A DNA stretch of 64,000 bases from Candidatus Shapirobacteria bacterium (lineage in GTDB: Bacteria; Patescibacteriota; Microgenomatia; UM-FILTER-40-11), in NCBI GenBank assembly GCA_020059745.1, contig JAGVBK010000004.1, positions 242,511-306,510 on the forward strand, read 5' to 3'. The notes below the pieces were generated by a model, which saw nothing but the letters and a program-made list of their open reading frames with translations, was not told the origin of the DNA and did not search any database. Shown here in pieces: positions 19,315 to 30,167 of the stretch. Each line of letters opens with the position of its first letter. Position 1 is the stretch's first letter. A program made the translations under genes and the position numbers.

Positions 19315-20082
19315 ATGGAAAATAAAAACTTAAAAACTATGATTGGAAAAAGAGGTGGCCGTGATTCAAACGGTCATGTTTCCGTTCGCCAAAGAGGTGG
19401 CGGCAGCAAAAAATACTTAAGAAAAATTGATTTTAAAAGAGACAAAATCGATATACCTGGTGTGGTTGAAAAAATTGAGTATGATCCGAACCGGAATGTG
19501 GATATTGCCCTTGTGCTTTATCCTGACGGAGAGAGGCGTTATATTATTGCCCCTCTTAATCTAGAAGCTGGCGATAAAGTGGTTTCCGGAGAAAGCGTTG
19601 AGATAAAGGCCGGAAATGCAACTAGCTTAAGAAATATCCCTGTCGGAACACCGATTCATAACCTTGAGCTGGTTCCTGGTAAGGGTGGACAAATTGTCAG
19701 AGGTGCGGGTTCTTTGGCCACAATTTTATCTAAAGAGGGCGGACTTGCCCAAGTAAAGCTTCCTTCAGGAGAGTTAAGGATCTTTTCTGAAAGCGTTAAA
19801 GCAACAATTGGCCAAGTAGGAAATATTAGTGAAAAATTTAAGAAATTAAGAAAAGCAGGTGACTCTAGGCACAGGGGGAAAAGACCCCATGTTAGAGGAG
19901 TGGCTCAGCACCCAGGTTCTCATCCTCATGGTGGCGGAGAAGGCAGAAGCGGTATTGGCATGCCTAGTCCTAAAAGCCCTTGGGGTAAGCCGACTTTGGG
20001 AAAAAAGACAAGAAAAAAAGCTAAATACAGCGACAAATATATTATTACTAACAGAAAATCTCGTTCTGTAGCGAGAAAATAA
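19315..20082 (+). CDS. rplB: 50S ribosomal protein L2
   Basis: 255 aa; HPHGGGEGR motif. Confidence 0.97.
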   Translation: MENKNLKTMIGKRGGRDSNGHVSVRQRGGGSKKYLRKIDFKRDKIDIPGVVEKIEYDPNRNVDIALVLYPDGERRYIIAPLNLEAGDKVVSGESVEIKAGNATSLRNIPVGTPIHNLELVPGKGGQIVRGAGSLATILSKEGGLAQVKLPSGELRIFSESVKATIGQVGNISEKFKKLRKAGDSRHRGKRPHVRGVAQHPGSHPHGGGEGRSGIGMPSPKSPWGKPTLGKKTRKKAKYSDKYIITNRKSRSVARK

Positions 20083-20089
20083 TTAAAAT

Positions 20090-20374
20090 ATGGCAAGATC
20101 AAGCAAAAAAGGACCATTTATTGACCCGAACATTACTAAAAAAATAAACGCCATGAAACAGAGCGGCAAAAAAGAACCGATTAAAACTTGGGCAAGAGCT
20201 TCGCAAATTGCTCCTGAGTTTGTCGGTCACACTTTTATGGTTCATAACGGCAGAACATTTATTAATGTTTTTGTTACTGAAGACATGGTTGGCCACCGCT
20301 TGGGAGAATTTGCTCCTACAAGGACCTTTAGAGGTCATGGCCAGGTGGTTAAAAGAACCATGGATAAAACCTAA
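20090..20374 (+). CDS. rpsS: 30S ribosomal protein S19
   Basis: S19 family signature ([10 protein letters not shown]). Confidence 0.95.
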   Translation: MARSSKKGPFIDPNITKKINAMKQSGKKEPIKTWARASQIAPEFVGHTFMVHNGRTFINVFVTEDMVGHRLGEFAPTRTFRGHGQVVKRTMDKT

Positions 20375-20392
20375 ACAATTTTAAAAAAGAAA

Positions 20393-20881
20393 ATGGAAGT
20401 ACAAGCAAGCGCCAAATATCTAAGAATTAGCCCCAGGAAACTGAGGTTGCTGACACACGGTCTAGTTGGTCTAAACTCTAAAAAGGCATTAAGTATTGTT
20501 AGTACTTACCCGCAAAAAGGAAGCCTTTTTCTTGAAAAGGTTTTTAAGCAGGCAATCGCGAACGCCAAAAACAACTTTAAGCTTTCTGAAGATGAGCTGG
20601 TGGTAAAAAGCGTTGAAGTCGGTGACGGCCCGTCTTTTAAAAGAATGGACAAGTCGCATGGCGCTAGGTTCGACCGGGGAATTATTCAAAAAAGAACTTC
20701 TCACCTTTATGTTACCCTGGAAACAAAAAACAAAGAAAATAAAACCAAAGAGACTGAAGTAAAAAAAGAAAACAAAGAGGGAAAACCTAAAAGAACCGAA
20801 AAAACAGAAATTATAAAAAAGAATAAAGCCCTACCGGTAGCTAAAAAAACTAGAACAAAAAAGGAAGATAAGAAAGGATAA
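20393..20881 (+). CDS. rplV: 50S ribosomal protein L22 with a Lys-rich C-terminal extension
   Basis: L22 core followed by a roughly 55-aa K/E-rich tail. Confidence 0.92.
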   Translation: MEVQASAKYLRISPRKLRLLTHGLVGLNSKKALSIVSTYPQKGSLFLEKVFKQAIANAKNNFKLSEDELVVKSVEVGDGPSFKRMDKSHGARFDRGIIQKRTSHLYVTLETKNKENKTKETEVKKENKEGKPKRTEKTEIIKKNKALPVAKKTRTKKEDKKG

Positions 20882-20882
20882 T

Positions 20883-21533
20883 ATGGGACATAAAGCAAAT
20901 CCAATCAGTTTTAGACTCGGCAACATTTATACTTGGAATTCACTTTGGTTTGCCAACAAAAAGAACTTTAAAAAAGTTCTTCTGGAGGATGTTTCCTTAA
21001 GAGAATATTTGATGAAAAAACTTAAGTTGGCAGGAATCATTGGGGTGAAGATTGAAAGATCGATTAATAAAATTAAAATTATTCCCCAAGTGACAAGGCC
21101 GGGTGTAGTTATTGGTCGCGGCGGCGCCGGGCTTGAGGAACTGAAAAAAGAGCTCAGTAAGATGGTCTCGATTCCTGAGCCGGAAAAAAACCTGGAAATT
21201 TCGCCTGAGGAAGTAAAAAATCCTGATATTTCGGCTGTTTTTGTGGCCCAAAGAATTGTTGAGCAGCTTGAAAGAAGGGTACCGCACCGTTATGTCATTA
21301 GAAAGGCGATGGAAAGAGCAATGTCTTCGGGCGCAGAGGGGATAAAAGTTGCCTTGTCTGGTAGAATAGCCGGAGCCGAAATTGCCCGGGCAGAAAAATA
21401 TTCAGAAGGAAAAGTGCCTTTACAAACCTTAAGAGCAAAAATCGATTATGCCGATGTCCCTGCTTTAACTAGATCAGGTTATGTTGGTGTTAAAGTTTGG
21501 ATTTACCAAGGAGAAAAAGATGCTAGCGCCTAA
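20883..21533 (+). CDS. rpsC: 30S ribosomal protein S3
   Basis: KH-domain-containing S3 signature. Confidence 0.95.
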   Translation: MGHKANPISFRLGNIYTWNSLWFANKKNFKKVLLEDVSLREYLMKKLKLAGIIGVKIERSINKIKIIPQVTRPGVVIGRGGAGLEELKKELSKMVSIPEPEKNLEISPEEVKNPDISAVFVAQRIVEQLERRVPHRYVIRKAMERAMSSGAEGIKVALSGRIAGAEIARAEKYSEGKVPLQTLRAKIDYADVPALTRSGYVGVKVWIYQGEKDASA

Positions 21534-21933
21534 AAGACAAAAATACAGGAAAACATTCAGAGGTAAGAACAGAGGGAAGGCAATCAGAGGCTCGACCATT
21601 AACTTTGGCGAGTATGGCCTTAAAGCTTTGGCTCAGGGTATGGTTTCCTCCGCCCAGATTGAGGCAGCCAGAAAAGCGATTGCCCATTACACCAAAAGAG
21701 AAGGAAAGATTTGGATTAGGGTTTTTCCTGACAAGCCGATAACCGGCAAGCCGTCAGGAACAAGAATGGGTGGTGGCAAAGGTGATATTCAGGGATATGT
21801 TGTTCCGGTTACGCCTGGTAAAGTACTTTTTGAGCTTGCCGGGGTTAATGGTTTTATTGCCAGCGAAGCCTTAAGAAGAGCAGCTGATAAGCTACCGGTC
21901 AAAACAAAATTCTTAAAAAGGGATGAAATTTAA
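21520..21933 (+). CDS. rplP: 50S ribosomal protein L16
   Basis: [12 protein letters not shown]-terminus; the ORF track start at 21481 is an upstream extension. Confidence 0.92.
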   Translation: MLAPKRQKYRKTFRGKNRGKAIRGSTINFGEYGLKALAQGMVSSAQIEAARKAIAHYTKREGKIWIRVFPDKPITGKPSGTRMGGGKGDIQGYVVPVTPGKVLFELAGVNGFIASEALRRAADKLPVKTKFLKRDEI

Positions 21934-21942
21934 AGGAGAAAG

Positions 21943-22167
21943 ATGAAAAGAAAACAAAAAGATGAATTGAGAGCTAAGTCAAAAGAAGAGCTAAAAGGAG
22001 AAGTTCTTAAAAAAGAAGACGAGGTTATGAACCTTAAGATTGAGGTTCAGTTAGGGAGGATAAAAAATACAACCTTACTTAGAAGAAAAATGGACGAAAT
22101 TGCCGTGATGAAAACAATTGTTAGAGAAAAAGAGCTTGAAAAGGAGGCTTCTTTAAAAGAAGTTTAA
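21943..22167 (+). CDS. rpmC: 50S ribosomal protein L29
   Basis: Small helical K/E-rich protein at the conserved position between rplP and rpsQ. Confidence 0.85.
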   Translation: MKRKQKDELRAKSKEELKGEVLKKEDEVMNLKIEVQLGRIKNTTLLRRKMDEIAVMKTIVREKELEKEASLKEV

Positions 22168-22169
22168 AA

Positions 22170-22469
22170 ATGAAAACATTTGAAGGACAAGTTGTTTCAG
22201 ACAAAATGGTTAAAGCTGCGGTTGTTTTAATTGAGCGCCGTTTCCGCCACCCAATGTACGGAAAAATTGTTAAAAAGAACAGAAAAATTCACGCTGTGAA
22301 CGAGATTGGCGCCAAAGAGGGCGAAACCGTTGTTATTGCTGAAACAAGGCCTGTTTCAAAGACAATCTCTTTTAAGATTATTGAAATTATTAACAGTAAA
22401 AAAGAAGAACCAAAAAAAGAGGTTTCTGCCAAGGCAAAAGCCAAAAAAGCGGAGGGTGAAAAGAAATGA
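22170..22469 (+). CDS. rpsQ: 30S ribosomal protein S17 with a K-rich tail
   Basis: S17 fold signature ([14 protein letters not shown]). Confidence 0.9.
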   Translation: MKTFEGQVVSDKMVKAAVVLIERRFRHPMYGKIVKKNRKIHAVNEIGAKEGETVVIAETRPVSKTISFKIIEIINSKKEEPKKEVSAKAKAKKAEGEKK

Positions 22470-22834
22470 TTCAGTTAAGAAGTATTTTAACTCCGGCCGA
22501 TAACAGCGGAGCAAAGAAATTAAGAGTGATTCATATTTACGGTGGTTTCCGGAGAACTTACGGAACAGTTGGCCAAATTGTGGCAGCTGTGGTTGATCAG
22601 GCTGATCCTAACGGCGTGGTTAAAGACGGAGAGATTGTCAGGGTGGTTTTAGTAAGGACTAAAAAAGAAGTTCGCCGGCCTGACGGAAGCTATATCCGGT
22701 TTGACGATAATGCTGGAGTGGTTATTGATAAGGACGGCAACCCCCGCGGCACCAGAGTTTTTGGCCCGATTGCCAGAGAAGTTAGAGAAGCAGGTTTTAA
22801 CAAAATCGCTTCCTTGGCAAAAGAAATGTATTAA
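22466..22834 (+). CDS. rplN: 50S ribosomal protein L14
   Basis: [18 protein letters not shown]-terminus. Confidence 0.95.
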   Translation: MIQLRSILTPADNSGAKKLRVIHIYGGFRRTYGTVGQIVAAVVDQADPNGVVKDGEIVRVVLVRTKKEVRRPDGSYIRFDDNAGVVIDKDGNPRGTRVFGPIAREVREAGFNKIASLAKEMY

Positions 22835-22861
22835 AACTTAAAGAGGTTAAAAGAGGTAAAA

Positions 22862-23173
22862 ATGAAAATTAGAAAAGGTGATAAGGTAAAAATTCTTTTA
22901 GGGAAAGACCGGGGTAAAACTGGTACAGTTGACCATGTTGACGCTAAAAAAGGATTGGTTTTAGTAGGCGGCGTAAACATGTTTAAAAAACACGCCAAAC
23001 CTAAAAGCGAGAACGATAAAAGCTCAGGCGGCATCATTGATAAAGTCCGGCCTATGCCGATTTCAAAAGTCCAGCTTATTTGTGCTAAATGTGGTAAAAT
23101 CACCAGGGCTGGATTCAGTTTGAGCAAAAATGGCAAAGAAAGAATTTGCTTAAAATGTAAAGCCCAAATTTAA
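22862..23173 (+). CDS. rplX: 50S ribosomal protein L24
   Basis: KOW motif (KIRKGDKVKILLGKDRGKTG). Confidence 0.9.
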   Translation: MKIRKGDKVKILLGKDRGKTGTVDHVDAKKGLVLVGGVNMFKKHAKPKSENDKSSGGIIDKVRPMPISKVQLICAKCGKITRAGFSLSKNGKERICLKCKAQI

Positions 23174-23174
23174 C

Positions 23175-23720
23175 ATGAATAATTTACTTGACTTTTATCA
23201 TAAAGAAGTTGTTGCCGACCTAAAAAAAGAACTTAAGGTCAAAAGCCCGATGGCTGTCCCCCGCCTGGTAAAGGTGGTTATCAACATTGGTCTTAAAGAG
23301 GCTAAAGACGATAAAAAGGTAATTGATATTGTCAGCGGTCAACTGGAAACAATTTCCGGCCAAAAACCAAGACTTAATCGGGCAAAAAAATCAATTGCCG
23401 GGTTTAAGCTTGGTAAAGGTCAGCCGATTGGTCTTTCTGTTACCCTGAGGGGCAAAAGAGCCTTTGCTTTTTTAGAAAAGCTTTTTAGAATTGTTTTGCC
23501 AAGGGTAAGAGATTTTAGCGGTTTAAGCCCAAAAGGCTTTGACGGTAATGGCAACTATTCGCTGGGAATCAGCGAGCAAATTGTTTTTTCAGAAATTGAC
23601 TTTTCAAAAATTGACAAGGTTCGCGGCCTGGAAATTACCATCGTTACAACGGCAAAAAATAATCAAGAAGCAAGGTTATTACTTGAAAGACTGGGAATGC
23701 CCTTTGCCAAGGAGGAGTAA
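23175..23720 (+). CDS. rplE: 50S ribosomal protein L5
   Basis: L5 family signature. Confidence 0.95.
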   Translation: MNNLLDFYHKEVVADLKKELKVKSPMAVPRLVKVVINIGLKEAKDDKKVIDIVSGQLETISGQKPRLNRAKKSIAGFKLGKGQPIGLSVTLRGKRAFAFLEKLFRIVLPRVRDFSGLSPKGFDGNGNYSLGISEQIVFSEIDFSKIDKVRGLEITIVTTAKNNQEARLLLERLGMPFAKEE

Positions 23721-23722
23721 AA

Positions 23723-23914
23723 ATGGCAAGAAAATCTAAAATTGTCAGAGAAACAAAGCCAAAAATGTTAAAGTATGAAACCAGGGCCAGAAACCGCTGT
23801 TCTCTTTGTGGCCGGTCCAGGGGGTATTTAAGGCTTTTTGGTCTTTGCCGCCTTTGTTTTAGAAAACTGGCAAATCAGGGGGAAATTCCTGGAGTTAAAA
23901 AAGCTAGTTGGTAA
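23723..23914 (+). CDS. rpsN: 30S ribosomal protein S14 type Z (zinc-binding)
   Basis: 63 aa with a CxxC...CxxC motif. Confidence 0.9.
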   Translation: MARKSKIVRETKPKMLKYETRARNRCSLCGRSRGYLRLFGLCRLCFRKLANQGEIPGVKKASW

Positions 23915-23918
23915 AAAT

Positions 23919-24311
23919 ATGTTTAATGATCCAATATCAGATTTAATTGTCAGACTTAAAAATGCCTCCATGGTTGAGACGGGAACGGTTTCTCTTCCCC
24001 ATTCAAACGTCAAGGAAGGGATTGCCGAAATCCTTAAAAAAGAAGGCTATCTTTCTGATTTTGAAGTTAAAAAGGAAGGTTCAAAAAAAGAACTTATCAT
24101 GCACCTTTCTGAAATAAACGGCGAAATAAGACCGCTTGAAGTAAGAAGGATTTCCAAACCCGGTCGAAGGGTATATGCCAAGGCAAAAGATATCATGAAG
24201 TTTAAAAGAGGTTTGGGGGCAGTAGTGCTTTCCACCCCGTCGGGTTTAATGACGGGTAAAGATGCGCTTGCAAAAAAACTTGGCGGAGAGGTTCTTTTTA
24301 AGATTATTTAA
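23919..24311 (+). CDS. rpsH: 30S ribosomal protein S8
   Basis: MFNDPISDLIVRLKNA start; the ORF track start at 23838 overlaps rpsN. Confidence 0.92.
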   Translation: MFNDPISDLIVRLKNASMVETGTVSLPHSNVKEGIAEILKKEGYLSDFEVKKEGSKKELIMHLSEINGEIRPLEVRRISKPGRRVYAKAKDIMKFKRGLGAVVLSTPSGLMTGKDALAKKLGGEVLFKII

Positions 24312-24322
24312 GTAAATAAAAA

Positions 24323-24883
24323 ATGTCTAAAATAGGAGAAAAACCAATTTCAATCAAAGAAGGAGTTAGCCTTTTAAAAGAGGAAAAAAGTCTTGTGGTA
24401 AAGGGTCCAAAGGGTGATCTTATAATTCCTGTTCCCGAGGGAATTGAAATTTCTTTTAATGAGAACACCGTTAATGTAAAACGGCTTTCGGAAACAAAGA
24501 AGGTCAAAGCCCTTCACGGCACCTTGGCCCGGCTAATTGCAAATGCCATTAAAGGAACAACAGAAGGCTTTAATAAAACTCTTGAGGTGGTGGGAACTGG
24601 TTATCGGGCTCAGATGGAGGGCAATACTTTGGTTTTAGCTCTTGGGTATTCTCATCCAGTCAGGTTTGAAACTCCTGAGGGAGTGAAAATAGAGGTTAAG
24701 GAAAACAAAATTACTGTTTCCGGGACAAACAAAGAGGCAGTGGGCCGGGTAGCTGATAAAATTAAAAAATTCAGAAAACCAGATCCTTACAAAGGCAAGG
24801 GTATTAGGTATTTAGGCGAAAAACTAAGACTTAAACCAGGAAAAGCAGCCGGTAAAACCGGAGCTGCGGCAGGAGGTAAATAA
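24323..24883 (+). CDS. rplF: 50S ribosomal protein L6
   Basis: L6 family signature. Confidence 0.95.
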   Translation: MSKIGEKPISIKEGVSLLKEEKSLVVKGPKGDLIIPVPEGIEISFNENTVNVKRLSETKKVKALHGTLARLIANAIKGTTEGFNKTLEVVGTGYRAQMEGNTLVLALGYSHPVRFETPEGVKIEVKENKITVSGTNKEAVGRVADKIKKFRKPDPYKGKGIRYLGEKLRLKPGKAAGKTGAAAGGK

Positions 24884-24885
24884 AA

Positions 24886-25236
24886 ATGGAAAACAAAAGA
24901 ATAAGGGCTTTAAAAAGAAAAACCAGAGTCAGAAGCAAGATGCCAGCTGAAGGCTTTCGCCTTTCAGTCAGCCGCTCAAACCGTTATCTTTTTGCTCAAG
25001 TCATTGACCAAAAAAGCGGGAAAACGGTTTTGGGTTTAAGTGATAAAAAAATTGAAGAAAAAGAACTTAAAGGGAAAACAAAAAGTGAAAAAGCAAAAGT
25101 TTTTGGCCAAAAATTTGCCGAAGAAACAGTAAAGCAAAAGATAAAGAGAGTCATTTTTGACCGGGGACCTTACCGCTATCATGGCAGAATTAAAGCTTTT
25201 GCTGAAGGCGTGAGAGAAGGAGGCTTAGAATATTAA
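24886..25236 (+). CDS. rplR: 50S ribosomal protein L18
   Basis: L18 family signature. Confidence 0.9.
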   Translation: MENKRIRALKRKTRVRSKMPAEGFRLSVSRSNRYLFAQVIDQKSGKTVLGLSDKKIEEKELKGKTKSEKAKVFGQKFAEETVKQKIKRVIFDRGPYRYHGRIKAFAEGVREGGLEY

Positions 25237-25237
25237 T

Positions 25238-25714
25238 ATGAATAACTTAAATACTGAACCTAAAATTGAAAAAGAATTCGAAGAGAAAGTTGTTCAGGTA
25301 AACCGGGTTTCCAAAAAAACCAAAGGTGGAAACAAAATTGGTTTTTCTGTTCTGGTAGTAGTGGGGAATAAAAAAGGAGAAGTTGGTGTTGGCTTAGGTA
25401 AAGCCGGAGATGTTTCTTCTGCCATTTCTAAAGCAGTTGATTATGCCAAAAAGCATCTAATCAGAGTGCCGCTTAAAGGAACCACTATTCCTCATGATGT
25501 CCGTGTTAAAAGAGGAGCGGCTGAAGTTTTACTAAAACCGGCACCGGTTGGCTCTGGAGTTATTGCTGGTGGTGCTATCAGGTCAGTGGTTGAAGCTGCT
25601 GGAATCAGGGATGTTTCCTCAAAGGTTTTAGGGACAAGAAATCAGGCTTCAAATGTTTATGCTTGTATGGAAGCTTTAAAAAAATTAAGATCAACTAAAG
25701 AAGCGGTTAAATAG
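25238..25714 (+). CDS. rpsE: 30S ribosomal protein S5
   Basis: S5 family signature. Confidence 0.95.
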   Translation: MNNLNTEPKIEKEFEEKVVQVNRVSKKTKGGNKIGFSVLVVVGNKKGEVGVGLGKAGDVSSAISKAVDYAKKHLIRVPLKGTTIPHDVRVKRGAAEVLLKPAPVGSGVIAGGAIRSVVEAAGIRDVSSKVLGTRNQASNVYACMEALKKLRSTKEAVK

Positions 25715-25723
25715 GGAGATAAA

Positions 25724-26260
25724 ATGGAATTGTCGAAATTACCGAATACAAATACAAAAGCCAGAAAAAGAGTTGGTCGGGGTTATGGTTCAGGTCGAGG
25801 TGGCCATACCTCGGGCCGAGGTCATAAAGGCCAAAAGGCTAGGGGTTCAATTGGCCTTTTTTTCCAGGGAACTAAATTTAAAAAATCACTCATAAAAAGA
25901 CTGCCGCTTGTCAGGGGAAAGGGAAAACTAAGCCCGAAAACAGGTTCAGTGATTATTGATCTTGAAGCTCTTAGGGCTTTTAAGGCAAACGAGCTTGTTA
26001 GCTTTGAAACCCTGCAGGAAAAGGGAATTCTTTCCAAAAAGCTTCCTAAAAACACCCCGGTGAAGATTTTAGGAAATAGCCCCCTTGAAGTTTCTTTAAA
26101 TGTAGCCTTGCCTGTTTCTAAAAAAGCGGAAGAAAAAATCCAGAAAGCCGGTGGCAGAGTGATTGAGCCGGGCTCTGGGGTTGCGGTTAAAAAAGAAGTT
26201 AAGAAAGAAAAAGAAAACAAGGGAAAAGAGAAAAAAGAAACTAAGGAGAAAAATGGTTGA
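25724..26260 (+). CDS. rplO: 50S ribosomal protein L15 with a K/E-rich tail
   Basis: [17 protein letters not shown] motif; directly follows rpsE with no L30 gene between. Confidence 0.9.
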   Translation: MELSKLPNTNTKARKRVGRGYGSGRGGHTSGRGHKGQKARGSIGLFFQGTKFKKSLIKRLPLVRGKGKLSPKTGSVIIDLEALRAFKANELVSFETLQEKGILSKKLPKNTPVKILGNSPLEVSLNVALPVSKKAEEKIQKAGGRVIEPGSGVAVKKEVKKEKENKGKEKKETKEKNG

Positions 26261-27548
26261 AAGAATTTTAAATGAGCTGAAAACAGCTTTTAAAATTCCT
26301 GAACTCAGAAACAAAATTCTTTTTACCGCCCTAATCCTTGTAGTCTTTAGGTTTGCTTCACATATACCAGTGTCCGGGGTTGATGTTACTTCCTTAAGGC
26401 AGCTTTTTGCCTCTAACCAATTTTTAGGACTTTTAGACATTTTTTCAGGAGGGACCCTGGCGAATTTTTCTGTTATGGCCCTGGGTTTGAACCCCTACAT
26501 TAATGCCTCAATTATTATGCAGCTATTAACTATGGTTTTCCCCCAACTTGAAGCTTTGCAAAAGGAAGGAGAATATGGCCGGGAAAAAATTAATCAATAC
26601 ACTCGCTACTTGACCATTCCCTTGGCTGTTTTTCAAGCGGTTGGCATGTTTGCCTTACTAAGAAGCCAAAATATCATTTCTCAGGTTATGCCGCTTCAGG
26701 TTGTTGCTTTTGTAACCACGATGGTTGCGGGAACTTTATTTTTAATGTGGCTGGGAGAGCTGATTACGGAAAAAGGTTTAGGTAACGGCATTTCCTTAAT
26801 AATATTTGCCGGTATTGTTGGCCGGCTGCCGGTTACATTTGGTCAAACCGCCGCCACCGTTGAAACTACAAATGTTCTAAACTTGCTTATTTTTGCCGCA
26901 CTTGCCTTGGGGGTTATTGCTGCGGTTATTTTTATTGATGAAGCTGTCAGAAAAGTCAGGATTGAGTATGCCAGAAGGATAAGCGGCGGAAAAATGTACG
27001 GTGGCCAAACTACCTTTTTACCTCTCAAAATTAATCAGGCTGGAGTAATTCCGATTATTTTTGCCGTTTCTTTAGTTTTACTGCCTTCAATGTTAGGCCG
27101 ATTTGTTGCCCAGGTTCCCAATCAGACTGTTTCTTCAGTTGCCACTGCCCTGGCTACGGCTTTTAACCCCGGCAGTCTTTTCTACAACCTTGCCTATTTT
27201 ATTCTGGTAGTTGGTTTTACTTATTTTTACACTGCAGTGATTTTTAACCCTACAAAAATTGCCGAGGAAATAAAAAAACATGGCGGTTTCATTCCCGGCA
27301 TTAGACCCGGTTCTCCAACAGCCAATTTTCTAAGTTACATTCTGACCAGAATTACTTTGGCTGGCGCTCTTTTTTTGGGCCTGATTGCAATTTTACCCTC
27401 AATTGTCCAGGGGATAACCGGTTTAACTACTCTAGCTATTGGCGGAACAGGTATTCTTATTGTGGTTTCTGTTGTTTTGGAAACCTTCAAAGTAATTGAA
27501 AACATGGTGCAAATGAGGGGTTATGAAAAGTTTTTGGAAAGGTATTAA
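26253..27548 (+). CDS. secY: Protein translocase subunit SecY
   Basis: Ten-TM SecY signature; aaggag RBS 4 nt before the ATG at 26253. The ORF track start at 26163 is a K-rich frame artefact overlapping the rplO tail. Confidence 0.95.
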   Translation: MVERILNELKTAFKIPELRNKILFTALILVVFRFASHIPVSGVDVTSLRQLFASNQFLGLLDIFSGGTLANFSVMALGLNPYINASIIMQLLTMVFPQLEALQKEGEYGREKINQYTRYLTIPLAVFQAVGMFALLRSQNIISQVMPLQVVAFVTTMVAGTLFLMWLGELITEKGLGNGISLIIFAGIVGRLPVTFGQTAATVETTNVLNLLIFAALALGVIAAVIFIDEAVRKVRIEYARRISGGKMYGGQTTFLPLKINQAGVIPIIFAVSLVLLPSMLGRFVAQVPNQTVSSVATALATAFNPGSLFYNLAYFILVVGFTYFYTAVIFNPTKIAEEIKKHGGFIPGIRPGSPTANFLSYILTRITLAGALFLGLIAILPSIVQGITGLTTLAIGGTGILIVVSVVLETFKVIENMVQMRGYEKFLERY

Positions 27549-27557
27549 GGAGGGAAA

Positions 27558-28223
27558 ATGAATCTTTTGATAATCGGACCACAAGCTTCAGGAAAAGGAA
27601 CCCAGGCGGAAAATTTGATTGAAAAATTTGGTCTGGCCCATGTTGAAATGGGCGGTCTTTTGCGCCGGGTTTCCAAGGAGGACTCAGAACTCGGTAATAA
27701 AGTTAGGGAGGTAATCAACTCCGGAAAGCTTCTTTCTGACGAGTTGGTAGTAGAAATTCTAAACCAGCACCTTAGTTCTCTGGGAAGGCTTGATAATATT
27801 CTTTTTGACGGTTTTCCGAGAGTGCTTTCTCAGGCTCAGTATTTTGAGAAATTCTTAGAAAAAAAAGGGAAAAAATTGGATGCAGTTATCTATTTAACCT
27901 TGCCAAGAGAGATTACTTTTGAAAGGCTAGCCAACCGCCGTACTTGCGGAACTTGCGGTAAGGTATTTAACCTAAAAACAAAGCCGCCTAAAAAAGAGGG
28001 AGTTTGTGATTACTGCGGAGGAAACTTGGTCGTAAGGTCTGATGAAACTCCTGAGAAAATTGAAACAAGGTTAAACGAGTTTGAAGCCCAAACTCTGCCC
28101 ATGGTTACATATTTAAAGCAGAAAGGTTTGGTAGAAGAGATAGACGGAAACAGACCGATTGAAATAATTTTTGCTGATATTTCCGAAAGACTTAAAAAAC
28201 GCGGGCTGGTAAAAAATGCCTAA
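27558..28223 (+). CDS. adk: Adenylate kinase (zinc-lid type)
   Basis: P-loop GPQASGKGTQ; CGTCG...CDYCGG lid. Confidence 0.95.
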   Translation: MNLLIIGPQASGKGTQAENLIEKFGLAHVEMGGLLRRVSKEDSELGNKVREVINSGKLLSDELVVEILNQHLSSLGRLDNILFDGFPRVLSQAQYFEKFLEKKGKKLDAVIYLTLPREITFERLANRRTCGTCGKVFNLKTKPPKKEGVCDYCGGNLVVRSDETPEKIETRLNEFEAQTLPMVTYLKQKGLVEEIDGNRPIEIIFADISERLKKRGLVKNA

Positions 28224-28995
28224 AATCTCCATTAAAACACCAGAAGAAATTTTTGCTATGGCCGAAGGTGGTAAACAATTGGCCGGGATACTATCCGAGG
28301 TTGAAAAAAAGGTAAAACCAGGGATAAGCACTTTGGAAATTGATTCCTGGATAGAAAAAGACATCTTAAGTTTTGGCGCTAAGCCTTCTTTTAAAATGGT
28401 TCCTGGCTATCACTGGGCCAGTTGTGTGGGAATAAATGACGAAGTTGTTCACAGTATTCCTAGGAAAGACAAAATTCTTAAAAACGGAGATCTTTTAAAA
28501 ATTGATCTAGGCATGTTTTATAAAGGGTTTCATACTGACCTTTCCTGGACAAGGATTGTAGGGAGCGACCTTAAGCAAAAAAGCGGTTTTTTAAAAGCGG
28601 GGGAAAAAGCTCTTAAAGAGGCAATTAACGAGGCTAGGCCCGGTAAAAGAATTGGCGACATCAGTAAAAAGATTGAAGAAGTCGTAAAAAAAGCCGGTTT
28701 TAAGCCTGTAAAAGTGCTTACAGGACACGGAATTGGCAAAAAGCTACATGAGGAGCCCTTGATACCGGGAATTACTAAGGAAAAAATCGAAAACACGCCG
28801 GAAATTTTGCCGGGAATGGCCTTTGCCATAGAGGTTATTTATAACGAAGACGACGACGAAGTTGTTCTCGGAGAAGACAACTGGACTATTTTTACAAATG
28901 ATGGTAAAATGTCAGGGCTATTTGAGAAAACAATAGCAATTACTGAAAACAAACCCCTTATCTTGACTCCATTTCAGTTTGAGAGGGGTCACTAA
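28216..28995 (+). CDS. map: Methionine aminopeptidase type I
   Basis: MetAP signature; follows adk as in spc operons. Confidence 0.95.
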   Translation: MPKISIKTPEEIFAMAEGGKQLAGILSEVEKKVKPGISTLEIDSWIEKDILSFGAKPSFKMVPGYHWASCVGINDEVVHSIPRKDKILKNGDLLKIDLGMFYKGFHTDLSWTRIVGSDLKQKSGFLKAGEKALKEAINEARPGKRIGDISKKIEEVVKKAGFKPVKVLTGHGIGKKLHEEPLIPGITKEKIENTPEILPGMAFAIEVIYNEDDDEVVLGEDNWTIFTNDGKMSGLFEKTIAITENKPLILTPFQFERGH

Positions 28996-29015
28996 AAACG
29001 GGGGGAGTTTTTATT

Positions 29016-29234
29016 ATGCTGAAAGAAGGAGAAGTAGAAAAAGAAGGAGTTGTTTTAGAGAACCTGCCGAATACTACTTTTAGAATAGAAACGGCAGACA
29101 AAAAACAATACCTTTGCACTTTGTCAGGAAAAATGAGAATGCACAGAATTCGCATTTTGCCTGGCGATCGTGTAAAATTCGTGGTTACGCCTTATGATCC
29201 TGAGAGGGGTAGAATTACCTACAGGCTCAAATAA
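29016..29234 (+). CDS. infA: Translation initiation factor IF-1
   Basis: 72 aa with an S1-like OB fold signature. Confidence 0.93.
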   Translation: MLKEGEVEKEGVVLENLPNTTFRIETADKKQYLCTLSGKMRMHRIRILPGDRVKFVVTPYDPERGRITYRLK

Positions 29235-29249
29235 GGCAAAAGGAGACAG

Positions 29250-29363
29250 ATGAAAGTTCAAGCATCAACAAAAAAAAGATGCCGACAGTGCAAAATTGTA
29301 AGAAGGCGCGGCCGTGTTTATATAATTTGTGTAAATCCCAAGCATAAACAAAGACAAGGATAA
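29250..29363 (+). CDS. rpmJ: 50S ribosomal protein L36
   Basis: 37 aa, [27 protein letters not shown]...; too short to appear in the ORF track; aggag RBS upstream. Confidence 0.85.
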   Translation: MKVQASTKKRCRQCKIVRRRGRVYIICVNPKHKQRQG

Positions 29364-29365
29364 AT

Positions 29366-29782
29366 ATGCCAAGAATTTCAGGAGTAGATATACCGGAAGC
29401 AAAAAGAATAGATATTGCCCTTACTGCCATTTACGGTATTGGCAGGAGTAATGTGGAAAGCATTCTTTCTGCAGCTAAGATTGAGTCTTCAAAAAAGGTA
29501 AAAGAACTTAACGAAGAGGAAATTAACCGGATTCAAAAGGCAATTGATGGCAGCCACAAGGTTGAGGGTGATTTAAGAAAAGAAATTCAAGCAAACATAA
29601 GCAGACTCAGGCAAACCGGGACTTATCGCGGCAAGCGCCATGCAGCCGGCCTGCCAGCAAGAGGTCAAAGGACAAGAAGCAATGCCAGAACCAAAAGAGG
29701 ACGAAGAATGACTATTGGCGCTTTAAAGAAAGATGAGCTTTTGAAAAAGCAAAAAGCAGAAACTGAAAAAGCAAAAGCATAA
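29366..29782 (+). CDS. rpsM: 30S ribosomal protein S13
   Basis: MPRISGVDIP N-terminus. Confidence 0.95.
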   Translation: MPRISGVDIPEAKRIDIALTAIYGIGRSNVESILSAAKIESSKKVKELNEEEINRIQKAIDGSHKVEGDLRKEIQANISRLRQTGTYRGKRHAAGLPARGQRTRSNARTKRGRRMTIGALKKDELLKKQKAETEKAKA

Positions 29783-29797
29783 ATTAGAAAAACAATT

Positions 29798-30166
29798 ATG
29801 AATAAAAAGACAGCAACAATAGGACCAAAAGGAAAAGTTAATGTTCTTGCCACCTTTAACAATACCGTTGTTTCGGTGTCAGACCTTGAGGGCAATGTTC
29901 TTCTTCAGGAATCAGCTGGCTCTCTGGGTTTTAAAGGAGCAAGAAAATCGACCCCATACGCTGCCACCGTTACTACAGAGAAAGCTTTGGTAAAAGCAAA
30001 ACAGCAGGGCATCAAAGAAGTCGAAGTTTATATAAAAGGTCCAGGAGCGGGCAGGGATGCGGCTTTAAGAGCAATTAGGGCTGCCAATTTAAAAATTGAC
30101 CTTATTGCAGATGTGACCCCAATACCCCATAACGGAGTTAAACCTAGAAAACCAAGGAGAGTATAA
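29798..30166 (+). CDS. rpsK: 30S ribosomal protein S11
   Basis: S11 family signature. Confidence 0.95.
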   Translation: MNKKTATIGPKGKVNVLATFNNTVVSVSDLEGNVLLQESAGSLGFKGARKSTPYAATVTTEKALVKAKQQGIKEVEVYIKGPGAGRDAALRAIRAANLKIDLIADVTPIPHNGVKPRKPRRV

Positions 30167-30167
30167 A

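Noticed and set aside
26163-26252. K/R-rich 30-aa N-terminal extension of secY in the ORF track
   Set aside because: It overlaps the rplO tail in another frame. The canonical SecY N-terminus with an aaggag RBS begins at 26253.
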